Of a stretch of 64,000 nucleotides of DNA, positions 14,549 through 27,514 are shown one piece after another. Each line of letters starts with the position of its first letter. Position 1 is the stretch's first letter. The notes under the pieces are model-generated. The model made no database searches. It was not told the DNA's origin and worked only from the letters and a program-made list of their open reading frames with translations. The stretch spans positions 16,802,001 to 16,866,000 of the forward strand of contig NC_042997.1 in assembly GCF_006345805.1 (NCBI RefSeq). Direction: 5' to 3'. Source of the DNA: Octopus sinensis (Eukaryota). The position numbers were made by a program, and so were the translations under genes.

Positions 14549-15335
14549 TATCTATTTCAAAATGTAGCCAATGTGAATTGTTCTATTTCTCCACATCTTC
14601 CTTTCTATTACTTTCCTCCATTTCTGAAGAAGAGCATTGCTCAAAATGTTAAACCTCTTCTTTTCTTCCCTAGCATTGCTAATACTTTACATGTACCATG
14701 TCCTGCTTGTTTGTGTTTTTTTGTTCTTTTCTGGATTATATATATATATTGCTTATATACATATATATGTATATCGTATGTGTATATCTACATGTGTAGT
14801 ATTTATGCGTGTGAATACCCCTCCCACAACACATGATATATATACATATCTATCTATCTATATATATATATGTATATAGATGTATGCATGTGTGTATTGA
14901 TGTATGTATTTATGATGTATGTATGTACGTATCGTCTGTCTGTCTGTCTGTTGTCTGTCTATCTATTATCATCTATCTATCTATCTTCTATCTATCAAAT
15001 GTAGCCACATGTGAATTGTTGGTGATTTTCTTCCACCATCTTCCTTTCTATTGGACTTGCCTCCATTTCTGAAGAAGAGCATTGCTCAAAATGTTAAACC
15101 ATCTTTCTTTTCTTCCCTGAGCATCTGCTAATACTTTACATGTACCATGTCCTTGCATTGTTGTGTTTTTTTTGTTCTTTTCTTGGATTTACTATATATA
15201 TATTTGCTTATATACATATATATGTATATCTGTATGTGTATATATACATGTGTAAGTATTTATGCGTGTGAATACACCCCTCCCACACACACATGCATAT
15301 ATATACATATATATCTATATATATATATATCTATA
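14372..15335 (+). repeat. Two-copy tandem duplication (about 0.5 kb unit) containing a hammerhead-like short element
   Basis: About 14372-14878 and 14880-15335 share the same order: (TCTG)n, (TCTA)n, aaatgtagcc...ctgaagaagagcattgctcaaaatgttaaacc...gtgaata..ccctcccaca. Differences are mostly small indels. Confidence 0.85.
14621..14653 (+). ncRNA. Degenerate minimal type-I hammerhead ribozyme motif (duplicate at 15066-15098)
   Basis: TTT-CTGAAGA-A-GAGC(att)GCTC-aAAA-tGTT-AAA. The CUGANGA box and stem II are intact; the GAAA box is mutated to AAAA. Confidence 0.55.
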
Positions 15336-15504
15336 TATTTTTCATCTATCTATATATAATATATATATATTATCTATATATCTATATCTATATATATTTA
15401 TCTATATATCTATACTATATAATATCTAGATTATATATATATATCTATATATCTATCTATATATCTATATATATATATATATATATCTATATATATATAT
15501 ATCT

Positions 15505-15541
<37 letters not shown>

Positions 15542-15712
15542 ATCTATCTATCTATCTATCTGTCTATCTATCTATCTATCTATTATCTATCTATATCTAT
15601 CTATATATATATATATCTATCTATCTATCTATCTACTATCTATCTATCTATCTATCTATCATCTATCTATCTATCTATCTATCTATCTATATATATATAT
15701 ATATATATATAT
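15336..15712. repeat. Degenerate (TA)n/(TATC)n microsatellite
   Basis: Directly visible. Confidence 0.9.
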
Positions 15713-17924
15713 GTCTGTGTATTGGACGACTCTCTGTACATCATAGCCTCTTTTATGCTGGAGTTACATAGAGCTTAATTTAGCCTGGTGGTTTTGAAAT
15801 GAAATAGAATGAAACAGGGGAAAAATCTTAAGCCTTTCTATACTAGATACCCCAGGTAAGAAATTCCCAACTGCCAATTGTCTTTCAAAACTTTGTAAAG
15901 GTTGTCAGTAGGAGAATCTAGAACCTATCCTCAAATAAAAATGTCTTTAATGCAGTGGCCTCCTATTATATAACAAGGGTCTAACAGACATGAGGTTAAA
16001 GACCACACAAGAAAAAGTCACTTGGTTTGCCCTCCTTTCTTCACCCAACATGAGCACCTACATGCTAAGAGCTTCCCTTAGGTTAGTGAATAGTCATTCT
16101 ACACAGAACCACAGGTTGAGAAAATATTCAACAGACATCGTTTAAGGGTATTATTCATCTGAGCTTTTAATGTCAAAAAAATATCAGTTAGGACCAAAAA
16201 AAAAGCAAAAAAAAAACCATGGACAGGGGTAGAATGCTCATGTAGGTTCTAAGAAAGTATTCAGTAAATGGTCAATATAACACAGAAGCTGTGCTCTATG
16301 AAGAAGTGGTTGTGAGTCAACGCTGCATTCATTTCAATGCTATTGGAATCCTTCATAATAAACCCGTCTCATAATCAACAAAAGTGATAGACAGAGGAAG
16401 CTTGTATTCATTTGATTATTCTATGTGAATATGTGATATATTGTACTAAAATTCATATGGAAGTCTGCTTGCTCTTTTGGCCGTTGGTCATCGAGGTATT
16501 TTGATTGTCTGATGACTTTGACCTTTGTAAACAGCTTATAGATGTAGGAGATGAGGCAGTGGTAGATTTTAAATCTTCTTTATCACCCTTTACTCAGTCT
16601 TGTTTCATGAAAAGTGATGGTATACAGTTCATAAATCTTCTTATTTGAGAATGCATAGCAATAAACCATGGGGAAATCCCCAAAGTATAAACCTATCTAG
16701 TTCATGCTTCTATATAAAAAATCACATATATATGTAGCAATTCTACTTTAAGAATGATCATAATTGGTTTTAATGCAATTATTATTTTCAAGTTTGATAT
16801 TTACATCTACTATGCATTTTGATTGGTTTAATCTTCTATCATCATAATTAGGTATCTTATTCTTGGAGATGTACATAGTACCAGATTCAATTTCATTTAA
16901 GAACATTTGACAACAGGATATCAAAAGATAGAAATGTGATATAGACGTAAATGTGGAAAAAGAATAGATTTCTTTTTGTAATATGAGAAATATGAGGGTA
17001 ATTACTTGAAAAATTATTATCCTATAAGTAATCTCAGACACTGAGTTAATCTTTTGATGTACAAGAATTTTTAATTTTCTTCATTGCATGTGTTGTTATT
17101 TTCTTAGGGCACATTCAGTATGTCTGACTGTTTAAGAAGTTCACTTTAGAACCATGAAGTCTCAGGTTATCCTATTGCTTGACCTCTTGGGCAAAGGCGA
17201 TTTTCTATAACCACGGGTCAAACTATAGGTTATAAGGAAGCTGAAATAGGTTATAAGGAAACTGTGAAATAGCCTTTCGGATGAACTATATCTGTACAAC
17301 TGTATCAAACTAATTCTACCCAAAAATTGAAAAATATATTAAGAACACAATTATCTGTGGAATGGGCAACCACTTACCTGCAAATTGAATTCAGTTGACC
17401 AGACAACTAAATCTTCATGTGTAGAGTCATAACCTTAGACTGTTGTTTAGTCTAGGTCAGCCCTGATTGAACAGATCAATGATTTAAGGCATTCTAGCAC
17501 TACCTGTCCAGTCTTTTCTTCAGCTGTAGAATATTTAGGACTACATTAGTCAATAACTTCTTTCCTTTCTCAGGATGTTTATGTGTGATTTAACTAGCAA
17601 TTCTTGTAGATCAAGCAATAATGTAGAGGTTTCTTCATGGTTCAAAAGTTTTAGTTATATTTCCATATGTACCACATATATTTTATATAATTTTCACTGA
17701 TCTAAATAATTTTCATATAAAATAAATTTGTAATAGATTTAAATATAGTTAAGTATTTAAAAATAAATGAATACTCAAGATTAGCTATGTATGTATGTTA
17801 TTTAGTTCCCCATAAGCTAGATAACTTAATTTTGTGAACAGACTTCATTGTTATTTGGTAATTGTAGAAGTTATTTCATTATTAGTTATCATAAAATATT
17901 AGAGAATTGCATAGATATACATAC

Positions 17925-18055
17925 TTTATATCCTTTGAATTCTCCTTGTACTTGTCGTTCAGACATATTTACTGCTTCCCAGATAAAATGTACTTCGTGG
18001 GGTTGCATCTCAAAATGGGGATCGACACGGAAATCCTTTGGTCGATTTAGTGGCC
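17925..18055 (-). CDS. Nrg: Next coding exon of the same neuroglian/L1CAM-family gene (first half of FN3 repeat 3)
   Basis: Acceptor tttcatttttcag| at 18056, donor |gtatgt at 17924; 131 nt. The leftover C of the upstream exon plus GG gives Arg, producing GYSGEG-R-PLNRPKDFRVDPHFEMQPHEVHFIWEAVNMSERQVQGEFKGYK. This parallels the neuroglian pattern GYSGEDRPL..P..F....W..V....VRGHFKGYK. Confidence 0.88.
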
Positions 18056-18244
18056 CTGAAAAATGAAAGAAATAGTCTTTATTGATGGAAAGTGAAAAAA
18101 AGAAGAAAGTATTTGAACAAAATATATTTTTTATCATTTATTATATGAAAAAATTTGGTAAATGAACAATACATTTTATTGCATTCTAAATTTGTTGTCA
18201 AGTAAACCCACTTAGCTCTGGACAATCAGACCTGTAAATTTTGA

Positions 18245-18671
<427 letters not shown>

Positions 18672-19659
18672 CTTGAAGTTTTGGAACAAAAAAAAGCAAT
18701 CATAAGAGAATCTAGTATATTATGTTTTTAAATTACTATATTATAATAAAAGACTTTATAGGTGTGTGGACAATTTAATGGTTTGCAAGATATTACAAGT
18801 CCAATGTAAACGAACACATCACAACACTTCTGATGATATGCAATCGACTATATATTTATGATATATATGATAGCATATCATATAAATTAAGGTCCAAGGT
18901 CTTATTTGATCCAGGACCTTCTTTTGTTCTAGATTCTTCTAACTTGTAATTGAATGTTTAGGGTGCAATATGATAGAATAATTTCTGTTTGGTACTCTGA
19001 AGAATGAATAAGTTCTATTGTGAGTTTTAGTTGGGATATAAGAGTGGAATTCAGATTTTGGGATTATATAGAAAAATTGTTATACTGTCTTTGTTACTCA
19101 GAAAAAAGTTTGGAAAGTACAGGAAAAAAAGCTGGAAAAAAACTGATAAACAACTAAATAAAGATATTTTTGTGGAGTTATTCAGCTGATAAAAGAAATT
19201 GATGCCAAAGAAGCATTTCTAAAAACCGTTATGATTTTTGAAAGACTATTTACATGTAAAATTCGGCATACAGTCCAAATAAAACTAACAACAATAAAAA
19301 GCACAATTAAATATTGAAATAAATTATAATTTGTTAATTGAATGAAGCAACAAGAGGATTCAGAATGAAATATAATCATAAATAAGGAATTGTTAATTTT
19401 AATGGAGAAGAATTTTTGAAGACATAACTAAATAAACAAATTTGGTCAAAGTTAATTAGAAGTGAAGCTTAATGATGATAAAATACTGCTCACTATGTAG
19501 TAAATTGCATTAAAAAGCTTGTCTCTTGGGAAACCCTATGGATAATGAGAATTGAATTAATAAATGCTTTCTTCCCAAGAGTCTAGTCTCTTGAGGATGA
19601 AAACCATAAATGTTTGCAATAAATTTTAAAGAAATAAATTCCTTCTCAGAAAGCAACAG

Positions 19660-20038
19660 TTCTTTCCTCCTCCTCCTCCTCCTCCTCCTCCTTCTTTCTT
19701 TTGTCTTCTGCTGCCTCCTTTTCTCAAACTCTGCCTCTGCTCCCTTCCCACTCCTCCCTGTCTCCTTCTCCTCTATTTTCTTCTTCTTCATCTTCTTCTT
19801 CATCTTCTTCTTCTTCTTCTTCATCTTCTTCTTCTTCTTCTTCATCTTCTTCTCTTCTTCTTCTTCTTCTTCTTCTTCTTCTTCTTCTTCTCATTCTTTC
19901 TCTTCTCTCTTCTTCTTCTTCTTCTTCTTCTTCTCTCTTCTTCTCTTCTCTCTCTTCTTCTCTCTCCTCTTCTTCTTCTCTCTTCTTCCTTCTTCTTCTT
20001 CTTCTTCTTCTTCTTCTTCTTCTTCTCCTTCTTCTTCC
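19660..20038. repeat. Polypyrimidine/polypurine tract, (CCT)n then long (CTT)n
   Basis: Directly visible; reads (GAA)n on the gene's sense strand. Confidence 0.95.
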
Positions 20039-21029
20039 ACTATATTAGTTTTTCATTTAAAATTTAACAAATATTCTTCAAACTATTTATAGGCTCTGTC
20101 CAATATTGCTAGATATGAAAATATATTTATAAATATCAAGACTAGTTTCACTTTCACTGTTGCATATTGTTAGATAATGGTGCTTACAAAAGAAAATAGA
20201 ATTCATATGAGGATTATGATGACGATGTCGATAATGATAACAATGGTGATGGTAACAATCAATAAACAGATATTCTCAAAACACAGAAAAAAACACAAGT
20301 TTATTTCTGAATATTACTACACATCTAAATACAATTAGTTAAATTGAACAGGTAACAAATCTTATTACAGAATAGAGACCACCCCAAGAGCTTGTAGCTA
20401 ATCCAATAGAATGGCCTGTAAGTGAAAACTTTCTGTTTAGAAGTAGTATTGGACAATAACGATGATGTAGTGTAGTCAATAAGAAAACAAAGGAATCATG
20501 CAATTTCCTCCATGTAGAAGTACCATCAAACTTTTTCATATAAGAACATACAGGAAGTAGTTCTAAATATCTTTGATTTAAGAAAGCAATAGAATGATGG
20601 TAAATTTCTGGGGAGTCAAATTTATAGTCTGTAACAAAGGTTCAATTCCTGATTGAACTAGCTCACTTCATTTTATTGCACTTCATTTTTTTTTATGCTT
20701 GAAGTTTGTGGCCATAGTCAAAAGCTTGGGAAGAGAGATGTTTTTGCACTTTACATGCAATCAGAACCTTTGGTGATGACTAAGTAGCCATAAACAGAAT
20801 CTTTCTTCTACATCTCATAAGAACTGTCATTTCTCTGGAAATTATATCTTTGTGAATGTTGGGCTTTCCTTCTGGAATATATATAATGCATATGACTTGC
20901 ATTATAAACAATTCTTGACTTTTATGGTTTTGCCTTGCATAGAAAAACTTTCTCTTCAGTTCTGTTTGAGGATCCCATTTTGAAATGATTTCCAGTCACA
21001 CACACACATACATATTATATATATATATA

Positions 21030-22428
21030 AGAAAGAAAAATATGCAAAAATGGACAGGAGGTTTGTATAATAAAATTTATGCTAGTATTAATATCATAAT
21101 GACATGAAGAGTTGTATTATAACATTATATAATAAACTGGGAGTCCTGGTTTCGTGTCTCATGCTTATCAAGCTTCTAAAATCTCAAATTTGGCTCATGG
21201 GTACGCCCTTTTTGTTGTTGACAATAAATTTTGCAGTCAAGAGACGCAACTCTTCAATATATCTGAAAAATACAAGTTACTTTCAAAGTATTGCCAGGGT
21301 CTTTGGACTAATATTTTTAATGTATACAGATTTGTGAGATATATACACAAGTTTTAGGGGTTATTTACAAATATTTCAAGGGTAGAGAGAGGAATTGAAT
21401 ATTGTTCTGTTCTAGTGAGGATTGGTTGTTATTAAAATGAATTAATGTTCAGTTCTGGTTTATATTTCTGGATGAATGAGGCTTCTTTATTAAGATGAGC
21501 TTGTGTTGAGATCCAGTCAGCAAATTTGTACAGAGGGAATATATAGAATTGTGGTTGCAATTGTTTAGCACGTACATCAATATGTTTACTGAGATATATC
21601 TGGCAATATTGTGGTGAAGCTATTTGTTGCTGGTGCACTGTACAGTGGCAGCAGATAGAATTTCCTGTATTTCTGACATAATCTTTCTGGTAGCCTGAAC
21701 ATCTGATCACATAAATTAGATTTTTGGATGGACAAGTGAAATCTGATTTGATTGTAAAGTGTTGCCTTTGTTTGAAATGGTATTCTGACCCTTCCAATAG
21801 TTTGGGGCATGTTCCACAGTTTGAATGATTACATTTTTTCACTTTTGCGTTGGTTGTTGTAGGAAGTAATTTTGCATTTGTTAGCATTTTCTTTAGTGAC
21901 TTGGGCTGTTTGTTGCTTTTGACTATTTTAAGGTAACGTAAAATTCTTTTCAGTTTAGGGTCCTTATATAGAATTGGTAGATTTTGCATGATTGTGTTGA
22001 ATGCTTCTTTGTTTCTGGGGCTGTATGTTGCTATGTAGAGTAATGTTTTAAGAGTAGGTTTGTTGTTGTCTTTGGTTTTTCTTAGTGCCTCAGTATTAGT
22101 GGATTTTGCACGTTTTATCCCTTCGTCTATAAGTTGGATTGGGTAGTGCCTGCCCAGGAGTATGTTTTTGAGTTCTTGTAATCTTAAATCCCTGGTATTT
22201 TTCTCTGAAACAATAGTGCAGATCCTTCTTGCAAGATTGAAGGGGACGTTTATTTTTGTATGTCTTGGGTGACAAGAGCTAAAAAGAAGGTACTGCTTAG
22301 CATCTATCGTTTTATGAAAGATGTCGGTTTCTATTTTGTTTTTGTTTGTTTTTTAATCAGTATGTCCAGGAATGGTAGTTCCTCCTGGTTGTATTCTGTT
22401 GTAAATTGTATCTTTGTGTTGATGCTTA
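21030..22428 (-). mobile_element. 5'-truncated Penelope-like retroelement (RT C-terminus, GIY-YIG endonuclease and 3' region)
   Basis: Minus strand gives KIQFTTEYNQEELPFLDILI / IETDIFHK..QYLLFSSCHPRHTK..PFNLARRIC (PLE RT thumb). ORF 21432-21989 then has KCNHSNCGTC, FTCPSKNLIYVIRC..DYV.NTG and EASFIQKYKPELN (Cys linker plus GIY-YIG). The 3' end abuts (TA)n. Confidence 0.88.
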
Positions 22429-22606
22429 AATATCTACAACCACATGTGAATAAGATCTGACACCTTTATGTTATACACACACACACACACACACACACAT
22501 ACCCATACACACACATATGCATAAAGCAATGAACATCTGCCTGTCTGTCTGTCTGTCACCACCATCACCATCACTGCTGTCATCACTGCCATTACTGCCA
22601 CCACTA

Positions 22607-23083
22607 TCATCATTTAACATCCCCTTTTCCATGCTTGCATGTGTCAGAATTTGTTGAGACAGATTTTTTATGCCCAGATGCTCTTCCTGTTGCCAACCCT
22701 CACCAGTTTCCAGGCAAGGGGATATTTCCCATGGCTAGACATGTTTTCCATGGAAGACTAGAAATTAACAAAATCACTCATATGATAATGATGTTCATTT
22801 ACAACTGCCATACGATGTCAAGACACAGGTACACACAAACACACTCATACATACATACATACATACATACATACATACATACATACATGCATACATGCAT
22901 ACATGCATGCATGCATGCATATAGTATATGGCAGGCTTTTAGTTTCCATCAACCAAATCCACTCACATGGCTTTGGTTGACCTGGGGCAATGGTAGAAAA
23001 CACTTGCCCAAGGTACTGTGCAGAGGGACTGAACCTGAAATCAAATGGTTGGGAAGCAAACTTCTGAACCACCTAGCCATGCC
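22607..23083 (-). mobile_element. Near full-length tRNA-headed SINE with internal (TACA)n and RTE-like tail
   Basis: Head ggcatggctaggtggttcagaag..ggttcagtccc; tail ggttggcaacaggaagagcatc..catgcaagcatggaaaag..gttaaatgatga. Confidence 0.8.
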
Positions 23084-23495
23084 TTTCTTTCTACACTCAT
23101 GCATACTTTTCCTCTGTAATTACATTTAATAGAGGCAATTTAATTTGTGCCTCCATTTCAACTATAGTTTTAGTATGACAGAACCAAACATATGGAATGT
23201 GGGACTAATAATCATACATGATAATATATACATTAAATTGGAGACACAGCAGATATTGTGCCTGTCTAATACCAAAATAGTAGCCATTTATAGAAATATA
23301 CTCTAATGTCTATACATTAAATTAGCATTTTTATAATGAATTGGAGATCATTTACTTTTTAAATTAATCATAAATATTTATGGTTTTAGTCTTGCTTATC
23401 CAGATGATATGTTCCTAATACATACATAGGAGCACATTAGTAATTTTCACATACATGTATGCAAGCATACACACACATGCACACACAATACCCTG

Positions 23496-23526
<31 letters not shown>

Positions 23527-24105
23527 CTATCTATCTATACATACATATATACATACATACATACATACATACATACTACATACATACATACACACACACA
23601 CACATATACATTTATATATGTTTATATGTACAGTCTTGTGAACTGTGAATAATTAAACAATTTCTGTTAAATATGTTTTTTTCTTTACCTTTTAAAAAAT
23701 ATGGATAACAGGAAATATTTCAGTCTGGTAATGGATACCAGAAAATATTCCACTTTGACAAACAACTTTAATAATAGGTGATGGTAGTGGTAAAGGGTGA
23801 AGTACGACCTGTCTTTAACAAAAACAACAACAGCAATAACAGCAGCTGTAATAGTTTCAGTAACAACAGTAACTATAATAATTTCATGAAATGAATTTTA
23901 CTTTTTGATTAATAGATAATGAGATCTGACAGAGAATGAAATTAGGTATAGGAAGTATTAATTACAAGAAAACAACTTGCAAAAAAAGACATATATTCTC
24001 ACACAGATATATATATATATATATATATACATTACACACACACACATATATATTTATATATATATAAAAGCACTCACACACTCACACACACACATCTACC
24101 TCTAA

Positions 24106-24146
<41 letters not shown>

Positions 24147-24338
24147 CTTTACTTGTTTTCAAGTTCAGAAACATTTAAGTGCTTGATATGAGCTCAGAGT
24201 TTTGTGTATGTGTGGAAGACATATCTGCAAAAGCACACATACACTTTACATGCATACACAAACATATGCTTGCACACGTAACATATACACACAGACACCT
24301 ATGCACACATATACTCATGTAAATACAGCCCCCCATTT

Positions 24339-24385
<47 letters not shown>

Positions 24386-26139
24386 GCACACACACATAAA
24401 TATACATATATTCTTGAGTGAAAAAAATCCTCATTGATCAAAATAAACAGCAAATTCTTAAGTGAAAATTTTGTTGCTTGGAACAACATCTTCATTATTA
24501 ACCTAAAAAAAACATTATCAAATATTAAAAAATATTGAATATTTGATTATGTTTGTGATCTCGGGTTTGATAAGTGAAGTTATTTGTTTTCTTTTTAAAG
24601 AGCTATTTGAAATTGGTGTTGTTTTTAGCAATATTTAGAAACTGATGATAGAGAGCGAAAGTGTTAAACTTGAAGAAAGAAAAGAAAAGAAAAGAAAAGA
24701 AAAGAAAAGAAAATTTAAAAAGTGCAAAGTTACATAGCTAGAATATTCAAGATTCAGGTAACGTTTTTACATTCATACTGTGCTAAACATTTGGACTGAA
24801 CTGCTATAAAAAGAACAAGACAAACAGGAGATAATGGAACACCAGAATAAGTTGGAGCTTTGAAAAATAAACTAAATTCCTTTCAAGTCATTGTCGTCAT
24901 CATCATCGTTTTCATCAGCATCGTTTGCATCATCATCATCATCATCCTCATCATTTAGATACATCACACTAAGAGCTGTGAATTGGCAGAGTCATTAAGA
25001 GTGTTGGATAGACTACTTTACAGTGTTTTGATACCCTGCACATTAAGTCATTAAAATAATGTCTTCTTTTTGTGACAGTTCAAAATTCTTCAAAATTCTA
25101 TATCATCACATCTGTGAGGTTCATAATCTAATGTCACTAATTCACCCTTCAGTTGTGGCAACCTTCTACTGTCAATATATTTCTTTAATTCAGTACTCCA
25201 TTTTCTGACATTGGCTCATTGCCACAACTTTGTAGTGTGTGTATGTGTGTGTGTGTGTGTGTGTGTGTCTGTCTCTGTGTGTGCGTGTGTATGTCTGTGT
25301 GTGTGTGGAGAGTGTTTAATAACTGAAATAATCGATTGGATTAACCCTAAGTTACACCTCAGCATGATAAGAAAAAGACAAAAAAGGACGTTGGCAGGAT
25401 TTGAACTCAGATCTCATAAAGAGACAAAACAAATTGCTGTATAACATTGTAGTCTTATTCTTTACCAAACCAAACAGCAACAATTCTAGAAGCCTTAGGG
25501 AAAGCCTCTACATGATTATCAGCAAGGAACAGCATCTAAACTTCCCTGAGTCCATACTCTACTGTCTTAAATAAGAAAAGACACAATATAACAGAAAAAC
25601 AAAAACCAAAAGAAATGATTGCTATGACTATAGCATTTTATGCTTTAGATCTACTTGATGAGTGCAAACTCAGGACTAAACAACAACATTACTGTGACTT
25701 CACCTAACCATCTAAATAATTATTAAAAAACACATTCTTTTGTAAACTACGTTGAATTATTGTTCAGTGAAATCTAGTTGTTTGTAATTTTACAGTAAAA
25801 TTCTCAATAATTACTACACTGCAATGATGAAAGACTGAGAGGTAAACAATGTTGTGTATACAGCTCCCTTCCTGTGTGATGCCTAAGTGATGTTTATGAA
25901 GTTATATACTTTTATTATGTAGAGTTCATGTTAAAGGAAATAAATCATCACCATCATCAGCCTCATCATTTGTCTCTATGTCACCGTTGTTGTCATCATT
26001 GCTGCTACTGTCGTTATTGTTGCCATTGCCATCATCATCATCATCATCATTAATGTAAGCTTTATTATATTTTTTATCATCAATATTGTCAGAAATATAA
26101 TGATAATAGTAGTTACTATAGCATAAAAAATTAATAATG

Positions 26140-26140
<1 letters not shown>

Positions 26141-26190
<50 letters not shown>

Positions 26191-26228
26191 GTGATGATGA
26201 TGATGATGATGATGATACTGATGATGAT
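26141..26228. repeat. (TAA)n followed by (TGA)n
   Basis: Directly visible. Confidence 0.95.
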
Positions 26229-26416
26229 AGGATGTGTGGCAGCAAAAATGAAACGATCTCACATATTGTGAGCAAGTGTAGCAAACTGGTTCAAAAGCAC
26301 TACAAAACAAGGTACGATAATGTGACTAAGTTTGTTCACTGGAGACTAGGAAAAGTACAGGGTAAGAGCATGAATCAGGTGTCACTGAATATAAGATTCT
26401 GTGAGATTTTACAATA
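26229..26416 (+). mobile_element. Fragment of an R4/Dong-like non-LTR retrotransposon (zinc knuckle and start of the restriction-like endonuclease)
   Basis: RMCGSKNETISHIVSKCSKLVQKHYKTRYDNVTKFVHWRL matches C..C...ETI.HI...C..L....Y..RHD.V...IHW; followed by KIL*DFTI (KILWDF motif) in another frame. Confidence 0.75.
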
Positions 26417-26419
26417 ATA

Positions 26420-27514
26420 ACCTTACTCCTGTGTAAAGAACCACTGCATTATACACCAGGAAAATGTCATTGCTAAGTCACTGAAAATGGTTAGTGTGAC
26501 AGAGATTGCAATATCAATTGTAAATTGGAATCATGCAAAAGCCGTGGTCCATCATAATTTCAAGCATATTCTAGCAGATATTGATGCTGACTATGGAGAT
26601 GTGTTCATGCTGTTCAATGGTTAAACCATGCCACATGCCTCAATAGGTTCTACAAACTTCTCCCAGAAATCAAAGCTTTTGCTGAAGAGAAGATAATCTT
26701 ACCTCAGCTTAGCAACAAAGAATGGATTGCTGATTTGACTTTCAAAGTCACCGCATACCTTTTGACTTTGAATTACACCCTACGTGGTAAGGACAACTTA
26801 TGCCATGAATTGTACAGTATAGTCTCGGCTTTTATTGTAAAACTTTGCCTTTGAAGACACACAATGCACATAGCACTACAACCCATTTTTACTCACTTTT
26901 TGAGCACAACAAAATCATTAATAACTTGATTGATCAATTTGAATGCCATTTTGGTGACATCAAGGATTCCTTGCCCCTGATGAAAATACTTTTAGCACCT
27001 ATGGAGATACATATGACCACCACTCCTGAAGAATTTCAAATGAAGCTCCAGGACTTGCAGTCAGATGTGGAACTAACATCTGCATTCAAGGCTAGTCAGC
27101 TACTTGACTTCTGGAGTTGAATCCAAGAAGGGAAGACTATCCTACCTCAATTGCTAATGCACAGAAAAATGCTTCTGAATTTGGTTCAACATATGTGCCT
27201 GAAGCACTTCTCAGCAAAGCAGTGAGTGTCAAAACAAAATATGACAACCAGTTGACTGACAATCATGTGAACCAGCTTTTGCATACTGCATCTTCTACCA
27301 CGAGCCCTAATTTTGACAAACTAGTTGAAAGTTAAAAACAACATCAAGTTTCACATTAAATTCCATTGTTTTACAATTTTTTGTTACGACCTTTCCTCTA
27401 TAAATATAATAAATTTTTCTTGAATTGACTCATGTTTTACTTTTTTTGTGCAACTCCCTAAAAAAATCCAGGTTTTGGATTTGGCCCAGATATTAAAAAG
27501 GTTCAGAGCCACTG
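26420..27514 (+). mobile_element. Decayed hAT transposase (Buster/SPIN-like), C-terminal half and 3' terminus
   Basis: HCIIHQE, degenerate VRWL (VQWL), EFQMKLQDLQSD, FGSTY, QLTDNH and terminal Q.SH*. Ends ..gagccactg followed by ctttacac (nnnTAnnn target pattern). Confidence 0.88.

Noticed and set aside
17371-17390. Minus-strand tttgcag|gtaagtg, a strong AG|GT motif
   Set aside because: Lies in decayed SINE-like sequence, has a poor pyrimidine tract, and is only 550 nt from the real donor.
19510-20092. Poly-K/R, poly-F/S/L ORFs
   Set aside because: They are translations of the (CTT)n tract.
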